A stretch of 64,000 nucleotides of DNA, from the NCBI RefSeq assembly GCF_013149785.1, contig NZ_JABEZU010000002.1, positions 558,001 through 622,000 of the forward strand, read 5' to 3'. The stretch comes from Isoptericola halotolerans. GTDB taxonomy: Bacteria > Actinomycetota > Actinomycetes > Actinomycetales > Cellulomonadaceae. Of this stretch, positions 49,387-58,705 are shown piece after piece (positions within the stretch are counted from its first letter, which is position 1; every line of letters begins with the position of its first letter). Made by a program: the position numbers and the translations under genes. The notes under the pieces are model-generated. The model was not told the DNA's origin and searched no databases. It worked only from the letters and a program-made list of their open reading frames with translations.

Positions 49387-50871
49387 GTGTCCGCCATGAG
49401 TGATCTGATCGCCGAGCACGCCGAGCTGGCCGGGGGAGACCTCGAGTGGCTCCACCTCCTGGTCGGCGACTGGCAGATCGTCTCCGACCTCGCCTTCGCC
49501 GACCTCGTGCTGTGGCTCCCCACCGCCGACGGCCGCTTCGTCGCCGTCGCGCAGTGCCGACCCAGCACCGGAGCCACCGTCCACTACGACGACGTCGTGG
49601 GTTCCTTCGCTCCCGAGGGGCAGCGTCCGCAGCTCGCCGCCGCGATGCACGAGGCGCGCGCCCAGCGCTCGCGCGAGCCGCGCTGGTTCGGCGCCTACGC
49701 CGTGCGGGAGGAGGCGGTGCCCGTCGTGCACGACGGGCGTGCGATCGCCGTCGTCGCCCGGCAGACGAACCTCGGCTCGGGGCGCACGCCCAGCCGTCTC
49801 GAGCTCAACTACGTGGAGTCCGCGGACGACCTGCTCGCGATGATCGGTCGCGGCGAGTACCCGTCGCCCAACGCGGCGACGGGCCCCCGACGAGGCGCCC
49901 CGCGCGTCGGGGACGGCCTGATCCGGCTGAACTCCGAGGGGGAGGTGCTCTACGCCAGCCCGAACGCGCTGTCCTGCTTCCACCGGCTCGGGGTCATCGG
50001 GCCGCTCGTGGGGCAGTCGCTCGTCGAGGTCACCGCGGGGATCGCCGAGCAGCAGGACACCGTCGACGAGTCGCTGCCGCTCGTGGTCATGGGCCGTGCG
50101 CCGTGGCGCACCGACATCGAGGCAGGTCGCGTGGCGCTGTCGCTGCGCGCCCTGCCCCTGACGGACCGCGGGCAGCGCATCGGCGCCGTCCTGCTGTGCC
50201 GCGACGTGTCCGAGCTGCGTCGCCGCGAGCGCGAGCTGATGACCAAGGACGCGACGATCCGCGAGATCCACCACCGCGTCAAGAACAACCTCGCCACCGT
50301 CGCGGCGCTCCTGCGCCTGCAGGCCCGGCGCATGGAGGTCCCTGAGGCGCGGGCCGCCCTCGAGGAGGCCATGCGTCGCGTCGCGACCATCTCGCTCGTG
50401 CACGAGTCGCTGTCCCAGACCCTCGACGAGAGCGTCGAGCTGGACGACATGCTCAAGCGGGCGCTGCGGCTGGCCGCGGACGTGGCCTCCACCCGCGCCC
50501 AGATCAGCACCCGGCAGAGCGGCTCGTTCGGGCTCGTGCCCGCCCAGGACGCGACCCCGCTCGCGCTGATCCTCACCGAGCTCGTGACCAACGCCGTCGA
50601 GCACGGCTTCCCGGGACAGGAGACCGGCACGGTGTCCATCGACGTCGAGCGCGAGGACGCGTCGCTGAGGGTCGTCGTGGCGGACGACGGCGTCGGGATG
50701 CGGGACGGCATCGACGAGCTCGGCCGTGCCTCCCGCAGCGGACTGGGGTCCCAGATCGTCAAGACGCTGGTCGTCAACGAGCTGCGCGGGACGATCGACT
50801 GGCAACCACGCGAGGGCGGTGGCACCGAGGTCGTCCTGCAGGTGTACCTGCGGGGCGAGGCGCAGCGCTGA
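49387..50871 (+). CDS. pdtaS: Cytoplasmic sensor histidine kinase, PdtaS type
   Basis: WQIVSDLAFADLVLW, GAPRVGDG, REIHHRVKNNL, ELVTNAVEHG; convergent with whiB1. Confidence 0.9.
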   Translation: MSAMSDLIAEHAELAGGDLEWLHLLVGDWQIVSDLAFADLVLWLPTADGRFVAVAQCRPSTGATVHYDDVVGSFAPEGQRPQLAAAMHEARAQRSREPRWFGAYAVREEAVPVVHDGRAIAVVARQTNLGSGRTPSRLELNYVESADDLLAMIGRGEYPSPNAATGPRRGAPRVGDGLIRLNSEGEVLYASPNALSCFHRLGVIGPLVGQSLVEVTAGIAEQQDTVDESLPLVVMGRAPWRTDIEAGRVALSLRALPLTDRGQRIGAVLLCRDVSELRRRERELMTKDATIREIHHRVKNNLATVAALLRLQARRMEVPEARAALEEAMRRVATISLVHESLSQTLDESVELDDMLKRALRLAADVASTRAQISTRQSGSFGLVPAQDATPLALILTELVTNAVEHGFPGQETGTVSIDVEREDASLRVVVADDGVGMRDGIDELGRASRSGLGSQIVKTLVVNELRGTIDWQPREGGGTEVVLQVYLRGEAQR

Positions 50872-50877
50872 CGCCCA

Positions 50878-50931
50878 CGACGCGCAGGGCGGACGACGCG
50901 CGGGGCGGACGACGCGCGGGGCGGACGACGC
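50878..50931 (+). repeat. 16-bp tandem repeat CGACGCGCRGGGCGGA (about 3.4 copies)
   Basis: Units start at 50878, 50894, 50910, with a partial copy at 50926. Confidence 0.85.
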
Positions 50932-50932
50932 A

Positions 50933-50968
50933 GAAGGGCTCCCCGCTCTCAGGAGCGGGGAGCCCTTC
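50933..50968. terminator. Hairpin terminator between convergent pdtaS and whiB1
   Basis: GAAGGGCTCCCCGCTC-tcag-GAGCGGGGAGCCCTTC, perfect 16-bp stem. Confidence 0.8.
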
Positions 50969-50985
50969 GTGGTGCTCGGGGTGCC

Positions 50986-51234
50986 TCAGCCGGCGCGGCG
51001 GGCGCGAGCGGTGCGCCGCTTCAGGGCGCGGCGCTCGTCCTCGCTCATGCCACCCCAGACGCCGGCGTCCTGGCCGGACTCCATGGCCCACTTGAGGCAG
51101 TTGTCGACGACGTCGCAGCGGCGGCAGACGGCCTTGGCCTCCTCGATCTGCATGAGGGCCGGGCCGGTGTTGCCGATCGGGAAGAAGAGCTCCGGGTCCT
51201 CGTCGAGGCAGGCTGCCTTGTGGCGCCAGTCCAT
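50986..51234 (-). CDS. whiB1: WhiB family Fe-S regulator (WhiB1/WblE)
   Basis: MDWRHKAACLDEDPELFFPIGNTGPA, CxxC, GVWGG. Confidence 0.95.
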   Translation of the reverse strand: MDWRHKAACLDEDPELFFPIGNTGPALMQIEEAKAVCRRCDVVDNCLKWAMESGQDAGVWGGMSEDERRALKRRTARARRAG

Positions 51235-51343
51235 GTCATCTCCTCAAGTGGTCTGTGATCGGCCCGGGCGGCGCGCGGTCGGGGCATGCCGAGAGGCAGC
51301 CGTCTCCGGGCTGATCGTTCAGGGGGGTTCGGAATCTCCATCC

Positions 51344-51421
51344 AGAATCACACCTCGTGAAGGTGGGCACAAGGGGTTACGACAAGATTTCTACGCCGTG
51401 AACCCTGAGGGTTTCATCACA
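51344..51421 (-). promoter_or_regulatory. Candidate whiB1 promoter with two CRP-like sites
   Basis: TTGTGC-N17-GATTCT on minus strand; CGTGA-N6-GCACA (51356-51371) and TGAGG-N6-TCACA (51406-51421). Confidence 0.55.
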
Positions 51422-51459
51422 CTGCACAAACTTTCGCCGTCGCCGTATCCTGGCGTGTC

Positions 51460-51891
51460 ATGCCCGCACCCGCCGCACCTTCGCCCGACACCGGCCCGGT
51501 CCACCCGCGAGGTCCCGTCCCCCGGATGCTCGTCGCCGTGCTCGGGATCGTCGGCCTCGAGGCCCTGGCCATGATCGTCTTCGCCGGCGCCGTGCTGGTC
51601 GAGCTGGTGGGCGGCGGCTCGACGAGCCTCGGGGTCAGCGTGTTCATCGTCCTGTTCTTCCTCGGGCTGGCGTGGCTGCTCCTCGGCTGCGGGCTGGCCG
51701 TCCGGCGAGGACGGCGGCGTGGACGGACCCCGCTCGCCGGGTGGCAGGTCTTCCAGGGCATCATCGGCCTCTCGCTGCTGACCGCCGGGACGAGCGCCGC
51801 CGTCGTCGGCGGCCTCGCCCTCGTGCTGCTCGCCGCGGTCGCCCTGTGCGGGCTCATGACGCGGTCGGTCGTGGAGCACACCGCCGCCTGA
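51460..51891 (+). CDS. Hypothetical integral membrane protein
   Basis: Four hydrophobic helices, RGRRRGRTP loop; divergent from whiB1. Confidence 0.75.
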   Translation: MPAPAAPSPDTGPVHPRGPVPRMLVAVLGIVGLEALAMIVFAGAVLVELVGGGSTSLGVSVFIVLFFLGLAWLLLGCGLAVRRGRRRGRTPLAGWQVFQGIIGLSLLTAGTSAAVVGGLALVLLAAVALCGLMTRSVVEHTAA

Positions 51892-51936
51892 CCGGCCGCG
51901 CGGGCAGTGCCGTCCGCTCCTGTCACGCCCTGTCGG

Positions 51937-54900
51937 TCACGGTCCGGCCGCCTGCAGAGCGCGTGCCCGGCCCGCATCGACCAGGACGCCCCGCCCGGCC
52001 CGGCCCGGCCCGCCCTCGGCGAACTCGTCCAGCGGAGTGCCGAGGACCTCGTCGGCGTCCCGGCCGCCGGCCCCGAGCACGACACCGTGCCGCCGGGCCC
52101 GCAGCTCGGCCAGGGGCCCGCGGTGCGCCATGAGGGCGCCCTGGGTCGTGGCCGAGGCGACCAGGACGACGCCACCGTCCTCGGCCAGCATCGCGAGGCG
52201 CTCGGCCTCGACGGGGCACGCCTGGGCGACCATGTCGAGGTCGTCCACGACGACGTGGGACCTGGAGCGCCGGTCGCCGCCGTCGTGCGCCGCCGACAGA
52301 CCCTCGACCAGCCGTCGGACGGAGGACGGCGAGGCGCTCGAGACGACATGGTCACCGGGCTCGGCACGCAGCGCGGGGTCCCGGGACACGACGGCGGCGA
52401 GGGCGCAGGCGCTCACCAGGGAACGCACGACCGTCCGCAGCACGGTCGTGCGTCCCGAGCCCCGTGGGCCGACCACCAGCGCACCCTGCGCCACGTCCAG
52501 GGCGACGGGCACCGCGGCGTCGTCCCCCACGCCGACGACCACCGGTCGCGAGCCGTGCCCGAGCTGCTCGCCGGCAGCGCCGGTGCCGGCCCGCTCTCGC
52601 ACCTCGGCCAGGTCCGCCCACGGGACCCGTGCCGGCAGCGGCTCGACGCGGACCGGACCCGCGAGAGGAGGCGCTCCGCCCCCGGCCGGGGGCACCGACG
52701 GCAGGAGCACCTGGCAGCCGAGCGGGGTTCCCGTCGTGAGCCAGGCGGCGCGCCCGGGCGTACCACCGGTGCCGGCGAGCCCTGCCGGTGCGCCTCGCAT
52801 CACGTCGTCGTGCTGGTCCGTGCCGAGCAGCACGAGGCGTGGCCCGACCCGCGCCGCCACGCCGCCGACGGCGGCCGAGTCGGCGGACAGCGCGAAGGCC
52901 ACGCGGCTCGTGGCAAGCGCCGACACGAGGGGGTCGCTCGCGTCGCGTCCGACGAGCGCCGCCCGCAGCTCCTCGACCCGGTCCACCACGACGAGCGTTG
53001 GTTCGCCGCCGTCCGACGAGCGTGGCCGGTCGAGGAGCCCGAGCAGACGACGCGCCCGACGGGGATCGTCAGGGCCGGTGACCGTCCCGAGGCCCGGGTG
53101 CCCGGACAGCCCGTCGAAGGCCGGCACGGCCGAGCCGGGAGCGAGGACGTGCACGTGCCAGCCCCGGGCCAGCGCCGCGGCGGCGAGCGACACGAGCGTC
53201 GTCGTGCGGCCCGACCGGGTGGCACCGACGACGGCGAGATGGCCGGTCCGTGGGTGCCAGCGCACCAGCAGGCGACGCTGGCTCCCGGGGTCGTCGGCGA
53301 GCGCGAGCGGCAGTGCGCCCGGTTCGTCGTCGGAGGTGGGCATCCGCGGGGGGACGTCTGCCTCGATCACCCGCACCGGTAGCGGTGGCAACCAGGGTGC
53401 CGGGCCCGGGCGGAGACCGAGGCGGTCCGCCGCTGAGCGTGCGGCCTCCACGGTGGCGGCGACCGGCTCGCGGGCGGTGGCCGACGCCGAGGCTCCGTCG
53501 GCGACGGGTCCGCCGTCGTCGGCCGCCCGGCCGCACCCCGGGCGGTCCGCCCCGGCGGGGTGCTCCGGTCGCCAGGCCGCTGCGCGTCGCACGACCGGAC
53601 CGCCGCCGTCGGGCACGGTCCCGGCGTGCGCGCACTGCAGGGCGACCGGTGCGCCGGAGCCGATGCGCAGGACCGCGCGCCCCGGTGCCCCCAGGGGGAC
53701 GGCGGCGGCGGCCGCCGTGCCGACCACGTCGTGGGAGTCGGCGGCGTCCACCACACGCAGCGCGATGCGGGCCGAGACGTTCGCCCGCACGTCGGTGCTG
53801 ACAGCGCCGGAGGGACGCTGCGTCGCCAGGACCAGGTGGACGCCTAGAGACCTGCCCTGGGCGGCGACCCGGAGCAGCCCGGGCAGGAAGTCGGGCAGGT
53901 CGTCGGCGAGCGCGCGGAACTCGTCGATGACCACCACGAGACGAGGCAGGGTGCCAGGTGGAGCGTCGTCCAGCGACGCAGCCCGGTGCTCGGCGAGCAC
54001 CCGCTCGCGGCGGCCCAGCTCCGCGCGCAGGCCCGCGAGCGCACGGCCGGCCAGACCGGGCTCGAGGTCGGTGACCTGCCCGACCACGTGCGGCAGGTCC
54101 GCGCACCGGCCGAACGACGCCCCGCCCTTGAAGTCGACCAGGGCGAGCGCCAGGTCGGCGGGAGACCGCGTCAGGGCCAGGCCCAGCACGAGGGACTGCA
54201 GCAGCTCGGACTTGCCCGAGCCCGTGGTCCCGGCGACCAGCAGGTGCGGCCCGTCGCCGACCAGGTCGAGCTCGACCACGTCGCCCGTCGCGTCGACGCC
54301 GAGCGGCACCCGCCAGCCGGTGGCGTCCGCCCAGCGCTGCGCGGGGTCCGCGCCGTCGAGCAGGTCGCCGAGGGCCACGACGGCGGGCAGGCCGGCCGCC
54401 GTGACGTCGGACCCGTCGCGCTCGGCGCCCGAGGGGACGCCCTGCCCGGAGCTCTCGGCGTCGTCGAGGTCGGTGAGCGACCGCCGCAGCGCCCCCAGTC
54501 CCGCGAGCCGTCGCGCGGCACGCCCTGCCCAGGACGGCGTGACGCCCACGCCGGGCTCCGTGCTGTCGGTGCCGTCCGGTGCGGTGCGGTGGACCAGACC
54601 GTCAGGGGCGACCCGCACGACGGCACGGCACCAGGACGGGGCGGGCACCTCTCGCCCGCCGGGCTCGTGGGGCAGGCACAGCACGACGGCGTGCCCACGG
54701 CGGACCGCGTCGTCCGCGACGGCGAGCGCCTCCGGGTCGGGGTCGTCGACCACGAGCAGGTGGCTCGACGGTTCGGGTGCGGCCCCGTCGTGACCCGGCG
54801 TGAGCCAGCGGCACCAGTCCCAGGCACCGTGCCCGCCGCCGACGACCTGCACCGACGCGCCGGTCGCGGCGAGGTCGACGACGACGGCGCGGGCGACGGC

Positions 54901-55944
54901 GCGGGCGGCCCCCGTGGGGCCGCGCACCGCGAGAGCACCGTCGGGCAGCAGGTCCCGCGGGGACCGGGCGGGCGCGGGGACGGCTCGCTGCGCACCTGAC
55001 CGGCCCCGGCCCGCCAGCGTCTCGAGGGCGCGGTGCCACGCGACGTCGGAGGCCTGGTGAGCCGCGACGACGCGGGCAGCGGTCACCCACGGGGCGGCGC
55101 CCGCCGGACGAGCCCCCGGCGTCCGGACGTCCGGCGCCTCCGCGGTCGACGCGCGGCGCCGACGGACGACCGCCACGACCTGGGGTACCAGGGCGACGAC
55201 CGCGACCAGCGAGAACAGGGCGTACAACGGCTGGCGCAGCATGACGGCCAGCCCGATCGCGCCGAGCACGGGGACCGTCCCGGTGAGCAGCATCGCCGTG
55301 CTGACCGCCGGGGTGGTCGAGGGGCCGTCGGACGACGGGGCGAGCCAGGTCGCGACGTCTCCGGAACGGTGCAACGCGTAGCGGCGTCCGGTCACCTCCA
55401 GGAGGGTGCCGGGGCGCCACCGGCGTCGCAGCGGCCCCAGGCGACGCCGGCGCTCGCGGCCGCGGTCGACCCGGACCGTCGCGGCCTCCGGACGGGTGCG
55501 CGCACGTCGGTCGCCGACCGGGAACCAGGACGGGGACACGCGGTGGGAGCGCAGACGGACCCGGCCGCGGGCGTCCGTTCGGACGGTCACCCCTCGGGCG
55601 GACCCGCCGACGACGACGGGACGGCCCGGCGCGAGGGGGAGCGTCTCCCCGGCGTCCGGACCGGTGGTGGACGCGACGAGCCACGGGCTGCGCAGCGCGG
55701 CGACGTCCGGATCCTCCCGGTGACGCCGGTCCGCACCGACCACCCGCAGGGTGGCCCCGGGCAGCAGCGGTCGCCGGCCGACGACCGCGTCGTCGCCGAC
55801 GGCGGCGCCGTCGGCCTCGAGCCGGGCGTGCCAGAGCTCGGGGCGACGGACGAGATCGGCCAGGGGTGCGCGCAGGTCGCCGAGCCGGGCGCCCTCGGGC
55901 AGCTCGACGTCCTCGCCGGGGTGCAGCGTGAGGCGGACGGGCAT
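51937..55944 (-). CDS. FtsK/SpoIIIE-domain ATPase (EccC/YukB-like, three ATPase domains)
   Basis: DGPHLLVAGTTGSGKSELL, VDFKGG, VVIDEF, GRSLGVHLVLATQRP; degenerate GATRSGRT and GPRGSGRT; two TM helices; CACGCT-N6-ATG start. Confidence 0.88.
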   Translation of the reverse strand: MPVRLTLHPGEDVELPEGARLGDLRAPLADLVRRPELWHARLEADGAAVGDDAVVGRRPLLPGATLRVVGADRRHREDPDVAALRSPWLVASTTGPDAGETLPLAPGRPVVVGGSARGVTVRTDARGRVRLRSHRVSPSWFPVGDRRARTRPEAATVRVDRGRERRRRLGPLRRRWRPGTLLEVTGRRYALHRSGDVATWLAPSSDGPSTTPAVSTAMLLTGTVPVLGAIGLAVMLRQPLYALFSLVAVVALVPQVVAVVRRRRASTAEAPDVRTPGARPAGAAPWVTAARVVAAHQASDVAWHRALETLAGRGRSGAQRAVPAPARSPRDLLPDGALAVRGPTGAARAVARAVVVDLAATGASVQVVGGGHGAWDWCRWLTPGHDGAAPEPSSHLLVVDDPDPEALAVADDAVRRGHAVVLCLPHEPGGREVPAPSWCRAVVRVAPDGLVHRTAPDGTDSTEPGVGVTPSWAGRAARRLAGLGALRRSLTDLDDAESSGQGVPSGAERDGSDVTAAGLPAVVALGDLLDGADPAQRWADATGWRVPLGVDATGDVVELDLVGDGPHLLVAGTTGSGKSELLQSLVLGLALTRSPADLALALVDFKGGASFGRCADLPHVVGQVTDLEPGLAGRALAGLRAELGRRERVLAEHRAASLDDAPPGTLPRLVVVIDEFRALADDLPDFLPGLLRVAAQGRSLGVHLVLATQRPSGAVSTDVRANVSARIALRVVDAADSHDVVGTAAAAAVPLGAPGRAVLRIGSGAPVALQCAHAGTVPDGGGPVVRRAAAWRPEHPAGADRPGCGRAADDGGPVADGASASATAREPVAATVEAARSAADRLGLRPGPAPWLPPLPVRVIEADVPPRMPTSDDEPGALPLALADDPGSQRRLLVRWHPRTGHLAVVGATRSGRTTTLVSLAAAALARGWHVHVLAPGSAVPAFDGLSGHPGLGTVTGPDDPRRARRLLGLLDRPRSSDGGEPTLVVVDRVEELRAALVGRDASDPLVSALATSRVAFALSADSAAVGGVAARVGPRLVLLGTDQHDDVMRGAPAGLAGTGGTPGRAAWLTTGTPLGCQVLLPSVPPAGGGAPPLAGPVRVEPLPARVPWADLAEVRERAGTGAAGEQLGHGSRPVVVGVGDDAAVPVALDVAQGALVVGPRGSGRTTVLRTVVRSLVSACALAAVVSRDPALRAEPGDHVVSSASPSSVRRLVEGLSAAHDGGDRRSRSHVVVDDLDMVAQACPVEAERLAMLAEDGGVVLVASATTQGALMAHRGPLAELRARRHGVVLGAGGRDADEVLGTPLDEFAEGGPGRAGRGVLVDAGRARALQAAGP

Positions 55945-56004
55945 GGGGCCAGCGTGCCGCCGTCGTCTCCCGTCCCGCACACACCGTCCACACCCTGTGG
56001 AAAC

Positions 56005-56077
56005 CGCGAGGTCGACCCTGCCGTCCCGAGATTGACCCTCCACGGGTCGGTCTCGGGACGGCAGGGTCGACCTCGCG
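56005..56077. repeat. 34-bp-stem palindrome built of 20-bp-period units (2 direct + 2 inverted); possible terminator of the ABC operon
   Basis: Arms 56005-56038 and 56044-56077 with 2 mismatches; CGAG(G/A)T(C/T)GACCC repeated at 56007 and 56027. Confidence 0.8.
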
Positions 56078-56089
56078 CCCGCGCCGGGT

Positions 56090-58705
56090 TCAGTCCGCGG
56101 CGAGCGCCTCCACCGGGGAGGCCTTGAGCGCCGTGCGGGCCGGGGCCACCGAGGCGACCAGACCCGCGACCAGCGCGACCAGCAGCACCAGGGCCACGTC
56201 ACGCCACGGCACCGAGAGCGTGACGTCGCCCATCACCCCGAGGGCGGCGGCCGCGCCCGACCAGCCGTACACCAGGCCCAGGGCGACACCGAGCACCGCG
56301 CCGACCCCGGCGATGAGCAGGCCCTCGATCGCGAGCATGCCGCGCAGCTGCGCCTTGGACAGTCCGATGGCGCGCAGCGTCGCCGACTCCTTGCGCCGCT
56401 CGATCACCGACAGCGACAGGGTGTTCGCCACCCCGATGAGGGCGATGACCACGGCCACGGCCAGGAGCCCGACCACGATGCCGAGCAACGTGTCGATGAG
56501 CTGGTCGAACATCGCACGCTCCACGACCGCGCCGGTGACCTGCGCCGGTTCGTCCGCGTCCGCCACCGCGAACTGGATCGCGCCGACCGCCGCGTTCGGG
56601 TCTGCGGCGTCGGACAGGGAGACGTACATCCCGTTCGCGACGAGACCGGGTTCCGCCGCCGCCGCGTCCTCCCACGCGAGGTAGCTCGCGTAGGGGTCGT
56701 CCACCACCGCGACGGTGAACGACTCCGTGCCGCCCGGTCCGCTCAGCGCCATCGTGTCGCCGGCCGACAGCTCGAGCCCGTCCGCGAACCAGGAGCCGAG
56801 CACCACGGTGCCGGCCTCCAGGCCGGCGAGGTCGCCGGGAGCGTTCATCACCGCACGAGCAGCGGCAGGGTCGACGGCCAGGATGTCGAGCGTCCAGGGG
56901 GAGACGGCGTCCGCGCTGTCGGCAGGCACCCACGCCCCGTCCTCGTCGAGGGCGAAGTCCGGCGACTCCAGGGTGACGTTCGCGAGGTCGGCGACCGACG
57001 AGACGCCCTCGGCCGTGGCGACCTCCGCGCGGAGCTCGTCCGGCAGCGCGGTCGGGACGCCGGCGTCGTCGTAGAACGTGCTGGAGACGACGACGTCGAC
57101 GGGGTACTGCTCGTCCAGCGCCTCGGTGAGCGAGGCACGGGCGCTCGCCGCGCCCGTCGACATCATCGCGACGAGCGTGACGCCGATGAGCAGCGCGGTG
57201 CTCGTGGTGGCGGTGCGGCGCGGGTTGCGCAGCGTGTTCGCCGCGGCCAGGCGCGCCGTCGGGCCGGAGGTGCCCACCAGCCGGCCGGCCAGGGAGGTGA
57301 CCTTCGGCAGCCAGAACACCGCACCGACCGCGACACCGATGAACGACGACGCTCCGCCGGCGATACCGGCCAGCAGGCCGACGGTGGGCTCCTGGGCGAT
57401 CGTGCCGAGGAGCGCGCCGCCCGCCAGCAGGGCGAACCCGAACACGGTGGCCAGGAGCGAGAGCACCAGGCGCACCCTGCCGGCACGTCGGGAGACCGAC
57501 GGTCCGTCGGCGGGTCGCAGCGCCGCCAGGGGGGCCACGCGGGTCGCCACGCGAGCCGGCACGAGTGCCGCGCCCACGGTCACGAGGACGCCCACGACCA
57601 TCGGGATCACGATGACCTGCCAGGTCAGCGCGATGGTGTCCGGCAGCGGGACGGCGACGTCCATGGCGTGCGCGATCCAGAGGGCCGACTGCCCCAGGAG
57701 CACCCCGAGCAGCACACCGGCGGCCGAGGCGATGGCACCCAGGATGGCCGCCTCCGTGAGCACACCCCGTCCGACCTGTGCCTTGTCGGCACCGACGCAC
57801 CGCAGCAGCGCCAGGGTGCGGGTCCGCTGGGCGACGAGGACCTGGAAGGTGTTGGCGATGACCAGGCCTGCCACCACCAGGGCGATGGCGGCGAAGGTGA
57901 GCACGAAGACGAGGAACATCAGGTCCTGGTCACCGGTGAACGAGGCCGCCACCTCGGAGGCCCGTACGTCCGTCTCGACCACCCAGCGCGCGTCGTCGGT
58001 GGAGGTCGTCCCGCCGATCTCCGCGGCCAGGGCGGCCTGCACCGCGGCGACGTCGGCACCCGGGTCGAGCGCGACCGAGACCTCGGTGGCGCCACGCTCC
58101 GTCCCCCAGGACGCCGCCTCCCAGTCGAGGAACGTGTCGGCGTCGAGCACGGCGGCGCCCTGGCTCTGCGCGTAGGCGCCGTAGGGGTCGTCCAGGAGGC
58201 CGACGACGACCGGCTGCTCGGTGATCTGCTGCCAGCCGCCGTCGGTCATCTCGTCCCGGGTGACGGCCACGGTGTCCCCGACCGCGACGTCGAGCCGCTC
58301 GGCGACGTCGGCGGGCAGCGCGACCTGGTCCCTGCCGTCGGGCATGGCGCCGTCCGTCACGTCCAACGGCATCAGCCGCGGGTCGGTGGTGGGGATCGTG
58401 AGCTGGTACACGGTGCGGTTGCCCACCGTCAGACCGAGGCTCGTGCCGTTCACGGGAGCAGCCGCCGTGACCCCGTCGATCGCCTCCAGCGCGCCGACGT
58501 CGGTGATCGGCGTGTCCGTCGTGGCGCCGATCACGAGGTCGGCGTCGGCGTACCGGGCGGCGATGGAGTCGTTGACGGTGCGGGTGATGACGGCGCCGGC
58601 CAGCAGGGTCGCGGCGACGAACGCCGTGCCGATGACGATGGCGATGCCGGCCGCCGTGAGCCGCCCCGCGCTGCGGCGCATCTGCGCCAGGGTGATCTGC
58701 AGCAT
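56090..58705 (-). CDS. FtsX/MacB-like ABC transporter permease (two FtsX repeats)
   Basis: IANTFQVLVAQRTRTLALLRCVGA, RNPRRTA, NTLSLSVIERRKESATLRAIG. Confidence 0.93.
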   Translation of the reverse strand: MLQITLAQMRRSAGRLTAAGIAIVIGTAFVAATLLAGAVITRTVNDSIAARYADADLVIGATTDTPITDVGALEAIDGVTAAAPVNGTSLGLTVGNRTVYQLTIPTTDPRLMPLDVTDGAMPDGRDQVALPADVAERLDVAVGDTVAVTRDEMTDGGWQQITEQPVVVGLLDDPYGAYAQSQGAAVLDADTFLDWEAASWGTERGATEVSVALDPGADVAAVQAALAAEIGGTTSTDDARWVVETDVRASEVAASFTGDQDLMFLVFVLTFAAIALVVAGLVIANTFQVLVAQRTRTLALLRCVGADKAQVGRGVLTEAAILGAIASAAGVLLGVLLGQSALWIAHAMDVAVPLPDTIALTWQVIVIPMVVGVLVTVGAALVPARVATRVAPLAALRPADGPSVSRRAGRVRLVLSLLATVFGFALLAGGALLGTIAQEPTVGLLAGIAGGASSFIGVAVGAVFWLPKVTSLAGRLVGTSGPTARLAAANTLRNPRRTATTSTALLIGVTLVAMMSTGAASARASLTEALDEQYPVDVVVSSTFYDDAGVPTALPDELRAEVATAEGVSSVADLANVTLESPDFALDEDGAWVPADSADAVSPWTLDILAVDPAAARAVMNAPGDLAGLEAGTVVLGSWFADGLELSAGDTMALSGPGGTESFTVAVVDDPYASYLAWEDAAAAEPGLVANGMYVSLSDAADPNAAVGAIQFAVADADEPAQVTGAVVERAMFDQLIDTLLGIVVGLLAVAVVIALIGVANTLSLSVIERRKESATLRAIGLSKAQLRGMLAIEGLLIAGVGAVLGVALGLVYGWSGAAAALGVMGDVTLSVPWRDVALVLLVALVAGLVASVAPARTALKASPVEALAAD

